From Epithemia pelagica (taxonomy: Eukaryota > Protista > Bacillariophyta), in the NCBI GenBank assembly GCA_946965045.2, contig OX337241.1, positions 2,232,001-2,296,000 of the forward strand: a stretch of DNA of 64,000 nt, in the 5' to 3' direction. The notes below the pieces were generated by a model. That model had not been told where the DNA came from. It did not search any database and saw only the letters and a program-made list of their open reading frames with translations. Below are positions 46,012-59,481 of this stretch, piece after piece. How positions within the stretch are numbered: the stretch's first letter is position 1; each line of letters opens with the position of its first letter. Position numbers and translations under genes: made by a program.

Positions 46012-49000
46012 TTAGAAACGACAAATAGATTCCAAAAGATCTTCTTCGTTTGGACTTATCTTGTTCCCGGGAGGAGCAAGCAATACTTTAATCTTCGCAC
46101 CGCTATTGAGCTGTTGTTGAGTTGGAAGCTCAAGTAGTAAGCAGAGTTGTGATTGGAAGAACACTTTTTCCGGGTCGTTGTATGTGACCGTGTAAAGAGT
46201 GTTCGGGATGAACATAAGCTCCATTGGTTCTTTGCATCTCTTGTTGAGAGCTTTTGAGATCAATGCTGATGCCGTTACTCAGTTTGACCCCGTTCTTGAT
46301 TCCTCGTCTTTAGCCATATGCGAAATGTAGTTCCCAAAGCCCGATTGCCTGCGTTTGGAATCCATAACGTCTGCTTGAATGTTTTGACCAGGAGCTTTCT
46401 TTCCAAAACAAAACGTTGCATTCTTGGGGATTCGCGGATCGTCTATTGAATCAACGAAGGTGCAATTGTTTTTGATTAGTGAACGGAAGGTTGTCTTGTC
46501 GTCGTCCGTATAATCAGTTGGGAAAATGCGGGTCAGTTTCTGAATTTTTTGGAAGTCAACATCGTCCGCTGCTCGTACACTTTCTTGAAGTCGAACAAAA
46601 ACATGAGACGTTATCATGAATGAGGACAATAAAGGTGGACGACCATGAATAGGTTTCAGCTGTAGAATATCAATCGTTGCAAATAAGAGGATACCTCCCA
46701 TGTACCGTGCATTTTTTTGAATGCGTCGTAGAATGATGTCAAGAACAGAAAGTAGTTCAGCAGAGATTTGTCCCATTTCATCAAGGATCAACACATCATT
46801 CAAGTTTGGCAATGCACTTCGACAGTTTCATTACAGCAATTTTGGCAAGACGACCGGACGATGTTCCCGAACGAACAGGAACACAAAAAAGGGTGTGTAT
46901 ATGTGTACCACCAAGTTCGTTTGCTCTTTCGCCGAGCATAGCTGTACAGAAACAATTAAAACCTCTACAAAGGGCATCAAAAAGCAAAAACATGGAGACA
47001 GTGGTCTTCCCTGCGCCTGGATCACCAACAAGAGTCACACATTTCGGGACCTCCATTGACGCGGTCACATACTTATCAAGAGCACGTGTACCGACATGCA
47101 AGGCAAACATTTGCTCATCGAAAGATTTTTGTGACTGAGCTGATGACTTTGTTATTGACATTGCAGAAAATGTTGGACCGTTCTGTTGTCGCTATTTTCC
47201 CCACGCCTCAGACATAAGATATCATCCAATGTCGGTATGGTGTTGGGTATACCAGCATCAAGCAGATGTTGTCGACACGCTAGTATGACATTTTTCTTCC
47301 ATTGGTCAATGGTTTCTTGGACCTTTTCATGAACTGTTCTGATTAGGTGCGTGTACATCACTGGTGGTAAGCCATCGGCGGTGAGGCTATCCTGTACTAA
47401 ACATGAGCAGAAATTGTTGTGTGCTGCACACAATAGTCGATCAAATTCTTTGACACCACCAGGCAAATGGCATAGTTGTTCGGTTGTATAGCGCTTCGTT
47501 AGGAGATTCAGACTTGTTTGTGGTTCGGAAGGGTCATACAATCCTGCATGGATGTAAGCGGATCTTAGACTGCCTGAATGGTATAAATCGACTTCATTGT
47601 CGTAATAACCAAGTGAGAGAAGAACGTGGAGGAGGAATTTATGCGGACAGTTTGGCTTGATATTACTAAACCATATGACAGGAAGTGATTTCAAATGGAG
47701 ATCACACACATATTTGTCCACAACGTTTTGTATTCTTCGACTGTCATGTCTTCTGCCCTGATTCGTAGCATCTTCAGTCGTGGAAACATATGTATGCAGC
47801 CTCCTGAAGTGTGACATGGCAATCTGTTTGTCACGGGGAAAAGTACCAAACCACTTGTGTGGTTTGTCTGATATATAATCCAAAATCAATGGTATCGCTG
47901 TCGCACGAACCTTGACAATCTTGGTCGTCGCATCAATCCATGCACATCGATCGTACGACACATCGAGCAAAGACTCACACATTTGGATCTGTTTCTCGAG
48001 AATAGTCCTTTCTTTGTCTTTGTTCAAAGGTAGTGTCTCACGTTTGAACCATCGGAAATAAAGAGCTGGATTCTTGATAAAATATAGTTCTGGTGGACGC
48101 AAACCAAATATGGTAATGACATCAAGCGTAATAGGTGAGAACATTGAATCTTGTGCCAACATAAGGGCAGTTTTTTTGAAGTGTCGAGATTTTGGTAGAT
48201 TCCGATTAATATCTCGTTTGTGGAGTTTCACTCGATTAGCAGGAATAATTTGTCTTGTGTCAATATCAGATATAGCATTGACTGGTCCATTGATTGTGCC
48301 TTGTTTCTGCAGATGTCGTAAATGAGGTTGCTTTTCAAAACCAGGTCGTTCCTCTAGCATGGTCGTTGAAATATGAACAAACTCAATGTTGGTGTACACC
48401 TGAGGAATGTGACACAAGGTCATCATCGCTTCTGCTTGTGTCATTGCACGACCGATGTGATGTTTCTTTTTCCTCGCTAACAATGATTTTTCAACTCTAT
48501 TCACAGAACTGATCTTTGTATTGCCCGTTGTTTCAACATTCAAACGAAAACAATCAGGATCGGTAGGACGCGGAGCATGCGCAAAAACGCGCGTACTTTC
48601 ATCAACTTGTGCAACATATTTCGCAAGGTACTGTGATACGCCTCGACTGTCGAGTTTTTGTACATTGTCATTATTTGGGTTCATAATCGCAAGCTTTGCA
48701 AACACAGGTGATATCACACCGTCTTCTGGCACTGTTGGCGGAATGTGACGTTTGGCAACTAAATCATTCCCAACATAACACCACTCTTCTTCTTGTTCAA
48801 ATTCACACATAGAAGTGTGCACTCTTTTTTAGTGATCAGACCAATTTGTTGCAAGATCTCACTTGCTCCTTCGCTATGCTCTGCCCTTATATTGATTCAC
48901 TGATCTCTTGTCGGATTGGGACTGATCGAATAGTTGTCGGTAACTTTACATCGGTACAGATTCATTTTCTTCGTCATGTCCACGTCTTCTGCTCCAGCAC

Positions 49001-52000
49001 TCATCATCTTTGTATTTCGGCCGACCGATATTTTGGCACGCCCAAAGGACCGACTTTGTTTCCGTAGGATTAAACAACGAGGTCCATGCTTATGCGTTAA
49101 AAATTGCTCCAGAAGTTCCAAAATATCCAACAGATGTTGTTCCGATGAAAGAATCCCGTCCGCTTTGTACTGTTCTAATTCTTCAGGTGTCACCATTCCA
49201 CTAATCGAGGCTCTGCTCATACGCAGAAGTTTGCGTGTCGATTCGGGAGAGCCGTCGTCGTCAGCATGCCACAAAATGGAATGAATATGAGCAAGGTTTC
49301 CCTTCTTGTCTTGCAGTTCATTTCGTATCCAATCCCACAAGAAGGAGCCGATTGGCTTTTCAGGACTTTTCGTTATATAAGCCATCCAAAGACGTGATAC
49401 AATGGACCATGATCGTACTGCAATGGAACAACTGGCTGAGATTAGTCTTTCACGAGCAAGAGAACGTTCATGTACACTTGCAAATTTAGGGTCTTTGCCA
49501 AAATGTTTCAGACACTCGTCAACAGCTTCTTCACTGTCAATCCACGTCTTGAGTATTCTCATTCCCCAATGAGTCTTCATGCTACATGTGTGCGTGTAAA
49601 AGAACGTTGCCATTCGGTAACCCAAAGCTGCAGCGAGCTGGTTCACAACCGGGCGTCTGTCTATGGATTCTGTGCTCATGTACATATCCTCGTGTCTCGG
49701 AATCAATCGTATCTTCCCTCCATCGTACCGCTCCCCAAATCCTCGAGACAATACTAACCGTGAATCTTCGCCTCTCATACTCAAATTTAAACACATATCC
49801 AGACAATAGAAGATGTACCGATTATCAGTCGATGTCATCAAGCTTGTGTTTGTGATCCGTGTACGAACATGGTCATATAATGACGCAAACCCGAGCTTTT
49901 TCAGTGTCGAATCGTTCGTCAACATTGCACCTGGTAATGCACCAGGAACAGATCCATCTTCCAGCAACTTCCAAAACACGTTGATAAACAGAGTCGCTTC
50001 AGGATACACCAAAGGCACACTGTGCTCGTTGTTCGATGCCAAAATTCGTTCAATAAAATGGCGTTCCCTTGAAGAAGGTTCCAAATTGTCCTTGAATTTA
50101 ACTAACAAGCGATGATACTTGTTGAAGATTACATGCAATCCGATATCGTTTGGGGGAAAATCTGATTGTATTGGCATTGCTCCCTGGTCTGTGGTAGGAA
50201 ATTGGTCAGCAGATGCATCGTCGTCCTCAATATTATCTTGTGCGTCTATACGAAGCGTGATTTCCGGGACTCCTTGTGTTACAAACTGGTCAGTATCAGA
50301 TACAGGCCGGCAAAACAGTTCTGCTTCGTCAATGCCCACCATTGTCGCAATAACATGACCATTGTCATTGCTGTCAGTTGTACTTTCTGAGCTTGTGTCC
50401 GTGTCAGATGACAAAAGGTCCAACTCATGAGCTCGTGCAAATTCGTCACTTAGAATCGTTCCATCGTCGGAGAAGTCCATTTCGTCTTCTAACATGATAT
50501 CAATGTTTTCAAGTTCAACTTGAGGTGACATTACATTGTCATCCGACGTATCAGATAACGGAAGTGGTATCGAAGCGTCCGCGCATTGGTGCTCATCAAA
50601 ATGTGTTTTGCAAATGCCGACAGTACAACAATGTAGTTCCCGACAACAAAAATATTGCGCACGTTGACAGCCATCGATGGAACAAAGGCGAGGTGTTCTG
50701 TTCAGAGAAGTACTTGCTTGATGTCTAAGTGCTTTTATAAAAAAAGAACCATGATGACGACATTCATAATTGGTCTGTGTTCCTGTTTGTTCTAAATACG
50801 AACGTCGCAACATGCTCAGTTTGTTTGGATCGCTCGAACAAAAAATGGCAATATTCCATTGCTCCGGAGCCAAATATGGAATAGAATCTTGTTTCGAGTG
50901 CACAAAACTATGACCTTGTTTCCATTGTTTCCACCATGATGGGCACAACGCACCACCATGCCGTGAGTAGACAACAGAATTTCGGTTGAATGATTCATCT
51001 GTGTCAATAATGCATCTAGCCTCCCAGCCATCTGGAGCGATCAACTCCTGAAAGCCAACATTATATTCCGGGTCTACGTCGATACTCTTGAAAATAATAA
51101 CATGTGTTGTGTGGCTATCTTCAGATATCCACGATGTTGCATGCAATTCGATTGGCAACACCATAATTTCTTTCAAATCATGGAACACGTCCACTAGTTG
51201 TGACTCCTGATATGCATCACTCGGTTCAAAGCCCAAAATTGTAGTGATTTTGGACACAACACCTTCTTGCTTTCTTGTTTTTCGGAATGGATTTGTTCTT
51301 ACCGACATGCGGGCTCCACAATGTGTAAGGTATTTTTGCCATAAATGATATAGGACCCAACCATACCAGTCTTTTGTTGATACAACTGCATCGGATACAA
51401 TGGTCCATAATGAAGGCACATGCAGCAACATTATTGAAAGGACCCATAATAAACGGTTTTTGTCTGGTTGTGTTTCTGGGATCACAACGAACTTACGACC
51501 AAACACACAACCGGTAGGGTGAGTGCCGACTAGAAGTCGTGGCCATGGTGCATCAAAGAATCGTTCTTCATAAACACTATCGTTGTCATTGTCAACCTGG
51601 GTCGATGAATTATTCTCAGAACTTGCTTCGTCGCGGCAAACCAAGAGCACGGTCTGCCGAGATCGTCTGAAATCTGCATACATAGCGATGCTGTCTTCAA
51701 GGGTAATACACGTCAATCCAACCAAACATTGCTCTGCATTTCTTCCTATCGGTTCATTTGCTCGATGCTCTATCATTGTTCTGTAGTCCTTGTATTGGTA
51801 GTCCGTCATACGGCCTTCTTGCACCATGGTGGCCAAACTTGAGAATGTATCAGGACGTTCCTTCAACGTTATCACGTCTTGTTCAATAGCAATAAAGTCA
51901 ACCTCCCGGGCATATCCTTGATTCGTCAATGTACAGGAATCCAATCCACTATATACTCCTGTCAGCTTGTTCATATGAAATGAATTTGTGTATTTGTGCG

Positions 52001-53078
52001 CATGTGCTTTTCGAAGTGTTCTTGGACGTATAACGGCAGGTGCAAACTGACCTGATGTGTCACTAGGAATAGGTGGTAACGGGTGCCTTGGAACATGGAC
52101 ATACATACCACGCGATTTGCGTGAATGATAGCTGCATGTGGCAATCTCTGGTCCTCTTTTTCCGTCAAATAATAATGATGGACGCACTGGCCATTTCTTG
52201 TTACAGAGATTGTGATCAACACTCGTTAAAAAGTCATCCCTGATGAATTCCAGACATTTCCATTGTGATCTTGGCGTCATGAACTTCTTCATGCACACAT
52301 TGTCACAAAACCGCTGGAACATTCCGTCCAAAGGTACTGTTTCTTTCACCTCCGTCAAAAACGCGGCACACCCCCAAGGGCATTTTATTTCCGGGACGCA
52401 ACAGTGTTCGTCCATCAATTTTTTCAAACCTTGTCGATCAAGATTGGCTAATGCTCTTTTCGCTTCTGTTGCAATTAGTGTTATATCGGTGAAGAACGGA
52501 CGTGGAAAATGAAGTGTAAGGTGGTTGCATTCTTCAAATGAATGGACGTAATCAAACCACCATTGCCTCCATCGATATGGAAAAAATTGCCAGACATATT
52601 CTGCGTGTATGGCACGCAACTGTTCATTGTGGAATAAAGAAGACATAAAGCCAGGCCAACAATATACTGGATTCGATCGATTCTCTTTCGAGCCACAAAG
52701 TAAATGTTTGCATTGCCAACATAGAGATATGGCTGCCAAATGTTGCACCTCCGCTTTCCTTATATGACAGAATTTGATTCTGAATGATTTTACGTCTGTG
52801 ATCAAGACATTCTGTAATGACAGAATCCAATACATGCAAATGGTGGTAGATGCTCCAGATAATATTGGATCTTCGTGTTCATCTTGAATAGTTCCGCGAT
52901 GACAATTGCGACAGTATGGAGATTCCAGCAACGATTCGTTGTCTTCTTCTTCTGCTTGTTGAGATTCTTCCTCATGATCCTCCTCCCCCAAAGATATATC
53001 CATTTCCACGAAACTGCTTTCATAGGATGAACCACTCCCCACTGACATTCCATCAATATCATCAATCGTCTCCTCCAT
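46012..53078 (-). pseudogene. Helitron-like Rep-helicase (HUH endonuclease plus PIF1-type SF1 helicase), disrupted
   Basis: Rep motifs FFYTHTC, RNELQDKKGNLAHIHSILW (HUH) and YLAKYVAQVDE. Helicase motifs GDPGAGKT, GGTHIHTLF, VLILDEMGQ and MGGILLFATIDILQLKP. Split over ORFs 48897..53078, 47152..48822, 46796..47161, 46279..46812 and 46012..46263 by stops and frameshifts. The 3' end is not resolved. Confidence 0.85.
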
Positions 53079-53492
53079 CGTACTTTTCAGAATTCCTCTT
53101 CGAATTGGTCACCACTGAAACGCAAGTGACACACATGCACCAGATGAACGATAGACGACATGCGCGATGCTTTTGCTACTAGCACAATATGGACGCACAA
53201 TTTTTCAACTGCGACGTATAATATGTCACAACATAATAAAATGCCAATCATGTGGTACCCATTCTCGTATGTGAAAATGTCGTAAAGACAGCAAAACATT
53301 CATAGACATTTTATTTTGATATGCATAGGACACGGAGTCCGGCATACGAAGGTCCAATTTTGGAAATCCAACGTATAGGGCACATATATTACACGATATG
53401 CATGTGCTTTATGGGCACATACAAACCATATGGCTGTATAAGTCATAGGGGTTTGGGCTTATATAGCACATGGCCAAATTTCCGATGACAAT

Positions 53493-54308
53493 CTAATGGA
53501 TACCTGTTGTCATGCGCGAACTGTATCCCAGACGGTCTACAGCTTCCTTTGGATACGGCTGGCCGAAAAACCAACGGGCAGATTCATCATTCTGAGTTGC
53601 CCAATGGCAAGTAACTTTTTCAAACGATTCCGCAATGATATGAACCACATCGCTTGGAATCAAGAAATGACCGAGTTTCTCCTTTTCTCCAGTGATAACG
53701 GTCATGTCAAAATCATTCGGCACCTTGTACTGGGGGATCTTTGCCTTGCTCTTCACCTCCCATTCTTTCTGTCGAGCAGCGGGTGAGTTAAGCGAGGGTC
53801 GAGTCTACCAATACTGACGATTCAAGAACCCTGCAATTGCTTCGGCGCATTCACGACGGCTTGCGCACTTTGAAGATTCAACAATCCACACAACAGCTTG
53901 TCTTGCAAATTTGTCTCCGGTCTTGGTCGTTGGGTTGAACAGAATGTTTTTGTCGAAAAGACTAACGCAACGTGAGGCGACGTAGATCAAATTCCACTTC
54001 TGAGCAAACTCGGTAGAATGCTTTATTGCATTTCGTAAACCGTTAAAGAATGCATCCTCTTTACCGCTTTTGGCAATCACATATGTTTCGAATCCACCTT
54101 GATGCAATTTAGCAAAGACTTTGTCACAGCCATCATTGAGAGACATGGATGTAGACCTGAAATCGGAAAGCTTCTTCCGTTTGGACGGCGAGGACGGTGC
54201 CACGTAAACATATTCAGTTTCCTCATCAGCATCATTGTCCCGCTCACGACGAAGATTACTATCATTCGGTTCAGGTCCGGGGTCAGACGTTGCGTGCAAA
54301 TTCGGCAA
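53493..54308 (-). CDS. Hypothetical protein, probably spliced; putative Helitron-associated cargo
   Basis: ORF 53805..54308 can be joined to 53493..53756 through a short GT..AG intron (FLN/QWEVKSKAK). The splice is inferred. Confidence 0.4.
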
Positions 54309-54471
54309 GATTTATAATATGGCAATATGATTCGCATAATGTGTTTGCATTTCATTTTCCAACGCATCATGGTTCCGCTTTTTTCACTCGTACTCAACGC
54401 TTTTTTTTTCACTCTTGTTGAACGCTTGTCTAACTTGTTTCAGAAGCTATTCATAAGACTCAACATTTGTC

Positions 54472-56731
54472 TCAGTCTTTTCTCCAACCCAACTCTTTGG
54501 GAATTCTGAAGTTCGAAAGACCCTGTGATATACGTATCGCACAATGGTCGTACAACGCCTCTCCTGTGACGGCTCCATAATTCCATGTCCACTTCGAAAT
54601 CAACTGTTGTGCAGCTTCTGACGACTGCCCATCTTCTGAAACGACAACAACTCCTTCTTTCGTTGAATAAAAGAGTTTTTGATCTTTCCAAATAAGATCA
54701 GAAAAGCGTCCATCACTGTTTGATTCAGTTCGGGTAATCTTACAGATTACATTTTCGGCCACACGTTTGCAACATGATTCATTACTTTCCATACTGATCG
54801 ATGCAACCAAACAATCCAAAAAGGACTGGAATGCTGCCTCACCACCACCCAGGTCATACTTCTTTCTCATATATTGTATACCTCTTGAGCTCTGACCTCC
54901 TTCGTACTCCAACGCGTACCATGAAGGAACAAGGGATAAGAATGCCATTATGTTGATACAGTGGTTACTGATCAATGCTCCACAATTCATCAACAACTTC
55001 CTCACACCATGTAGCAGTTGTTTGTAATATTTCAGAGGTTGTAGTTTTGCTCCAGGTCGTTTGCTCATTTGGTAACTGCCAATTCCATGGTATACAAGAG
55101 CAATCATCTCGTTGCAGTAATCGTCGTAGCTCGGAACAATTATTCCTCGGTAGTTCGGGAAACGGAGCCCAGGAATACTTAGATATCCAGCACGGGAATA
55201 TTTTGCTTCGTTCCTCGCCTGATGATGCCTTGCAATGGCTTTTGAAAGACTTAAGTACAACTCGTACCCAAAATTCAGGCCACGATGCTCCAACTTGTCA
55301 CCAGATAAGAGGTCGATGAGAACCGTGCATAAGAAATAGGATGTGTATGGGGCACCAGCAAAAGCTCGAACAATTGACATCATCTCCACGTAGTCGAGAA
55401 TAAATTTCTTTTGCAGCAAGAGAGAGAAATGAACAATTCCTGAAACAAAAATCGAAGCGTCCATGTGGCAACGCACATTCTTGTACCAATAGCCCTTGTA
55501 GTTTCCAAGTTTGTTCACGGTAGCCAATGACTTCATTAGTGCTTCCACTGACGTTCTTGTTCTTGGCATTTTCCTGTAGTGATCCATGACAAACCGTATA
55601 GCTTTGCCGTAGTCTCCGTCCAATTTTTTCAAAGCATCTCCGACAGACTTTCTGGTGCAACAGATTAATGATAATCGTTTTGTTGATTCATAGACCGTTG
55701 AAAAAATTGCAACCTCGCCAAGAACTTTGTCATTCTTTTTGTCAACGTGGAACTCACAGGTCCCATGGGTACATTGCTCACTGGATATATCCGTGCATGC
55801 CAAACAAAGGAACTCAACTTTGTTGTCAATCGCTATCTTTTCGCAGAACTTCTTCTTTCGTTCACTGGGCATGTCTTCCCACAGAAAGGCGGCATGCTTG
55901 GAAAGAATGCCACTTATGGTAGTGAACAATTCACGTATTTTTCCTGTTTTAGTACCCTCAAGGAGACTCGGCACAGCAATCAAGCAGGTGTCATCATCTG
56001 ATTGAGTCCGTTCGTAACATTGTCCACCACAATACCCATAATCCAAAAAAATACGTTGCCGTTTCCCAGTAGTAGTTCGCCGCTATTTTTTTTTCAGTCA
56101 GGATTTCATTGACAAAATCCCAAACATTCAGGTCAAAATTGTCTACAAAAGAACATTGAACAGAAGTATCAGCTCCCAACAAATTCCATGACTGAAGACT
56201 GTCTGACAATGACACGAACAACTTTTTCACCGGCACCGAGGTTGATGGCATTTCTCCTCGTGCATCATAGTGTCCATGAGGAACATCAAGAGTCTTCGCA
56301 ACGGTCAACATCGTTCCACTCATCACTTGATAGACCATTATAATTTCTTTCATATGGCAAAGCCGGGTACTTCCGAAAGGACCCTCATCCACCATTGAAT
56401 CACGCACACTCATTGGTATGTCGTTCCAACTCGATGATGGAATCTCAATAACAAATGGCATGTCCATGTTATGTTTCATTCCTGGCTTGTGTCGTTTTGG
56501 TAGTTGAGCTTTCAACACAGTACCCACAGACGCCGCGTCCTTGCTTTCTTCTTCATCACTGCAGCCTATACTGCTGCCAACACTTGCACGCCTTTTTTTC
56601 GATTTGGAATCACCGGAAGATGAACTGTCATCAGCTGGAACAATAGCACTTGCATCCGTTGCTATTTGGCTGCTGGTGCTGTTCTGTAAAGGAGAACAAT
56701 TGGGACCTGTTTGTTCCCAAGAGTGTTTCAA
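54472..56731 (-). CDS. Hypothetical protein, likely one gene with a homopolymer frameshift; HxDxxN and HhH-like motifs
   Basis: ORFs 55994..56731 and 54472..56046 overlap at an A7 run (56045-56051). Motifs FHVDKKND, RLSLICCTRKS, CGALISNHCINIMAFL and AENVICKITR. Confidence 0.5.
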
Positions 56732-56975
56732 TCACGCTTGTTGGTCGACTGTTGCTGCTTAACCCAAACAAATCGGTCCCTCCATTCGTCAAAAGGACTC
56801 CCAGTGCATAGCGCACCTTAGGATCCACATTGATCAATGTACCCAACAGACTCTCTGCTCCATTTCCATTGTTCGTCAGGAGTAATCCAACTGCATAAGG
56901 CAACTTGGGACTCTCATTCCTCAGTTCACAGCAGAGACTTCTAACTGCGGCATTATTCCCCTCAGGATTCTCCAT
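56631..56975 (-). CDS. Short ORF with internal repeat, possibly the 5' part of the previous gene
   Basis: PKLPYAVGLLLTNNG / PKVRYALGVLLTNGG duplication; overlaps ORF 55994..56731 in another frame. Confidence 0.3.
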   Translation of the reverse strand: MENPEGNNAAVRSLCCELRNESPKLPYAVGLLLTNNGNGAESLLGTLINVDPKVRYALGVLLTNGGTDLFGLSSNSRPTSVIETLLGTNRSQLFSFTEQHQQPNSNGCKCYCSS

Positions 56976-57528
56976 TGTTTCAGTTCCCTTGAAAACGAAA
57001 ACAAAACTCTCCTGGTTGTCAGCACTGAGTCCTCATCATGAATCACGACAGTCATAATCATACCTGTACCAAAACAAAGAGGAGTCGCTCAAAAACTCCC
57101 TCGCGTGTACCCCTCTATTTTTTATAGAACGCTTATACAGTATAACGACTCTCTAACTGCTTTTAGTCGCCGACGTTCACAACTCTCGCTCCCACGACCG
57201 ACTTTGCTCTTGCTCATAAACAATACATATGACCACATACCATAAGCTTTATCATAACACACCTAAATAATCGACACTAATTTGGTCTTTATAACAATAC
57301 CAGCTAACGGTGTTAACGGTTTCCCGTGTACACGTGCCTCCAGGGCCAAGTTTCGCGCCTGCCCTCACCAAAATGCCGACTGGCGACCTTAAACATAAAA
57401 TATAGGATCCGAATCCGACTTTCATTTTGTTAAGAAATAAATGTCCTTTCTGTCGCAACACCATCCACATTCACCTCATCAATTCTTGCCAAAAGCTCAC
57501 TCGGAAGCCAACATCCAATGGAGAACTA

Positions 57529-59169
57529 ATGACAAACGACCCAAATGCAGACGATCAAGATGGTTGTTTGACACAACAATCAAGCACAACTCCTTTGATT
57601 CAGATTGACAACTACAAAAGACGTTCTTTGTATCCTGAATCCACCATGTTTCGGAGTGTACCGGACATCAATAAGCCGCCTTTCTACGTAAAGAGACTCG
57701 ACGATCACCTCCGCATCGGGTCGTTTGTCCACATCCATCTTCCCGGACAGAAAGACGATACGACGATCGCACGCATCCACTCTGGAATCAATGCCACCGG
57801 CCTCAGGTTTGTGTTGTTCCCTCCTTTGTTTCCCCGCTACAATCTAAATGACCAGTCTCACCCCAAACTGCCCAAGCACAATTACACCAGGGTGATGCTG
57901 GGCCTTGGTTCACGAAACACGGAACTGTACGAATCGTCCACTACATTTGACGTCGTAGAAGATGCCTCCTCCGTTATTTCCCACCCGGCTTTTGTATTTT
58001 CCCTACATGAATTCAAGTCTCCCAAGAACATTTGGACTGAAGGCCTTGACAATTTCTTCTTTGTTCGTTTCCGGATGCCCATCATTGACAGTGATCCTCC
58101 GGTTGGTTGTCTACATCCATTAGAGGAGAAGACAAAGCTTTGCTTTCCGAACGAGCACGCTTGTCGTTTCATTGTGGATAAGGCAGTTCCTCCCCCAAGA
58201 TGCTTTCACCAGTCATCTTTTGTTGGCCTATTCCTTCTTCGCAAGGCTCTCGTGAAATTGTTGAACAAATCTTCGGGTCAGGCCGAGGAACACGAAGTGA
58301 CTGGCGATACCATTGGCCTTGTACCTACAGAAACCTGGACCTATATTGTCCAGCTTTGTCGAATCCAAGGCATAGACATCCATACAACCAAGGGTTCTGC
58401 GTCCTATCTCGATATCGACCCCAAGTTCACCAGGAAGAAAGTCAAGATTAGCTACCCTACCACCATTATTCGGTTTCGGAGTTCTGACGACCTCCAGTTC
58501 TTACGAGGCTTGCTTGGATTCGGCAGTACTTATGGATGTACCGATCGCAAACCCACTCTTGCCGACGGTCCCAATGGAACTTCCTTCAAGCCCGAGCACC
58601 GTGTGACACTTGTGAAGGGATCTACATCCGAGGAAAAAGAAAATTTCAAGGTCAGATCTCGTGACCAGCAAGTTGACCTTTGTTGGTCCGACTTTCATTG
58701 TCGCGTTGTAGTGGGATACGAGCAGTATCAGTACTCCCTTGACCACAAGGGAAAGCTCAAGAATGACCCTCCCACTGAGGACCTCAAGAACATTCTCCAA
58801 GGAACACCAACATCATCTGACGATAAGACTGACACGACCGATGTCTACCAACATGAACCTTCCGACACCACCGAGAGTGATTCCGAGCCCTCTAAAGCAC
58901 CAAGCCCTGCTTCACCTAACAAAATTGCCAAGTCGACTGCCCAAGACTCCCCCAGTAGCCGTATCAAGATCGGCCACCAGTTCACTGACTGGGACGAGCA
59001 AAACGTGTATGAGGTCATAGCAGTCAACCGTAACGAGAATGGCCCGTTTGTTGTGTCTCGTATTATCGGCGGAGTGTTCTACGACCACGACCTCCCCATG
59101 GATCAACAAGAGATTCATAAATGGGAAGATGCTGACGAGGTTCTTCTCCTAATTCGTCAGTTCAACTAG
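57529..59169 (+). CDS. Transposon partner protein (paralog of 29200..30732)
   Basis: Intact ORF with likely ATG at 57529; shares all blocks with the copy-1 partner. Confidence 0.8.
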   Translation: MTNDPNADDQDGCLTQQSSTTPLIQIDNYKRRSLYPESTMFRSVPDINKPPFYVKRLDDHLRIGSFVHIHLPGQKDDTTIARIHSGINATGLRFVLFPPLFPRYNLNDQSHPKLPKHNYTRVMLGLGSRNTELYESSTTFDVVEDASSVISHPAFVFSLHEFKSPKNIWTEGLDNFFFVRFRMPIIDSDPPVGCLHPLEEKTKLCFPNEHACRFIVDKAVPPPRCFHQSSFVGLFLLRKALVKLLNKSSGQAEEHEVTGDTIGLVPTETWTYIVQLCRIQGIDIHTTKGSASYLDIDPKFTRKKVKISYPTTIIRFRSSDDLQFLRGLLGFGSTYGCTDRKPTLADGPNGTSFKPEHRVTLVKGSTSEEKENFKVRSRDQQVDLCWSDFHCRVVVGYEQYQYSLDHKGKLKNDPPTEDLKNILQGTPTSSDDKTDTTDVYQHEPSDTTESDSEPSKAPSPASPNKIAKSTAQDSPSSRIKIGHQFTDWDEQNVYEVIAVNRNENGPFVVSRIIGGVFYDHDLPMDQQEIHKWEDADEVLLLIRQFN

Positions 59170-59481
59170 TTTGCAATAAGATATATAAGAATTTAGTGTT
59201 GATCCATCAAGTGCTTCTCATTACTCATTATTTAGATTCTCCAGATCATCATTCTGATCCAACATACGCAACAGGTCCACAGTTCTGAGACTTGCTTCTT
59301 CCGGAACTTGTCCGGAAGATTGTTGCGGCGATTTCTGTTTCGGAGGGAGACCAACTTCCCAGTCATCGACCACTGCCCCCTCCAAGTCCTCCAGTCAAAT
59401 TGGTCCGTCCTTGTTTGACAAGCCATACTCCAGTGTCCCCCCATTGTCACGAATCCATTCATCGAAGTTTTCTATCTCATC

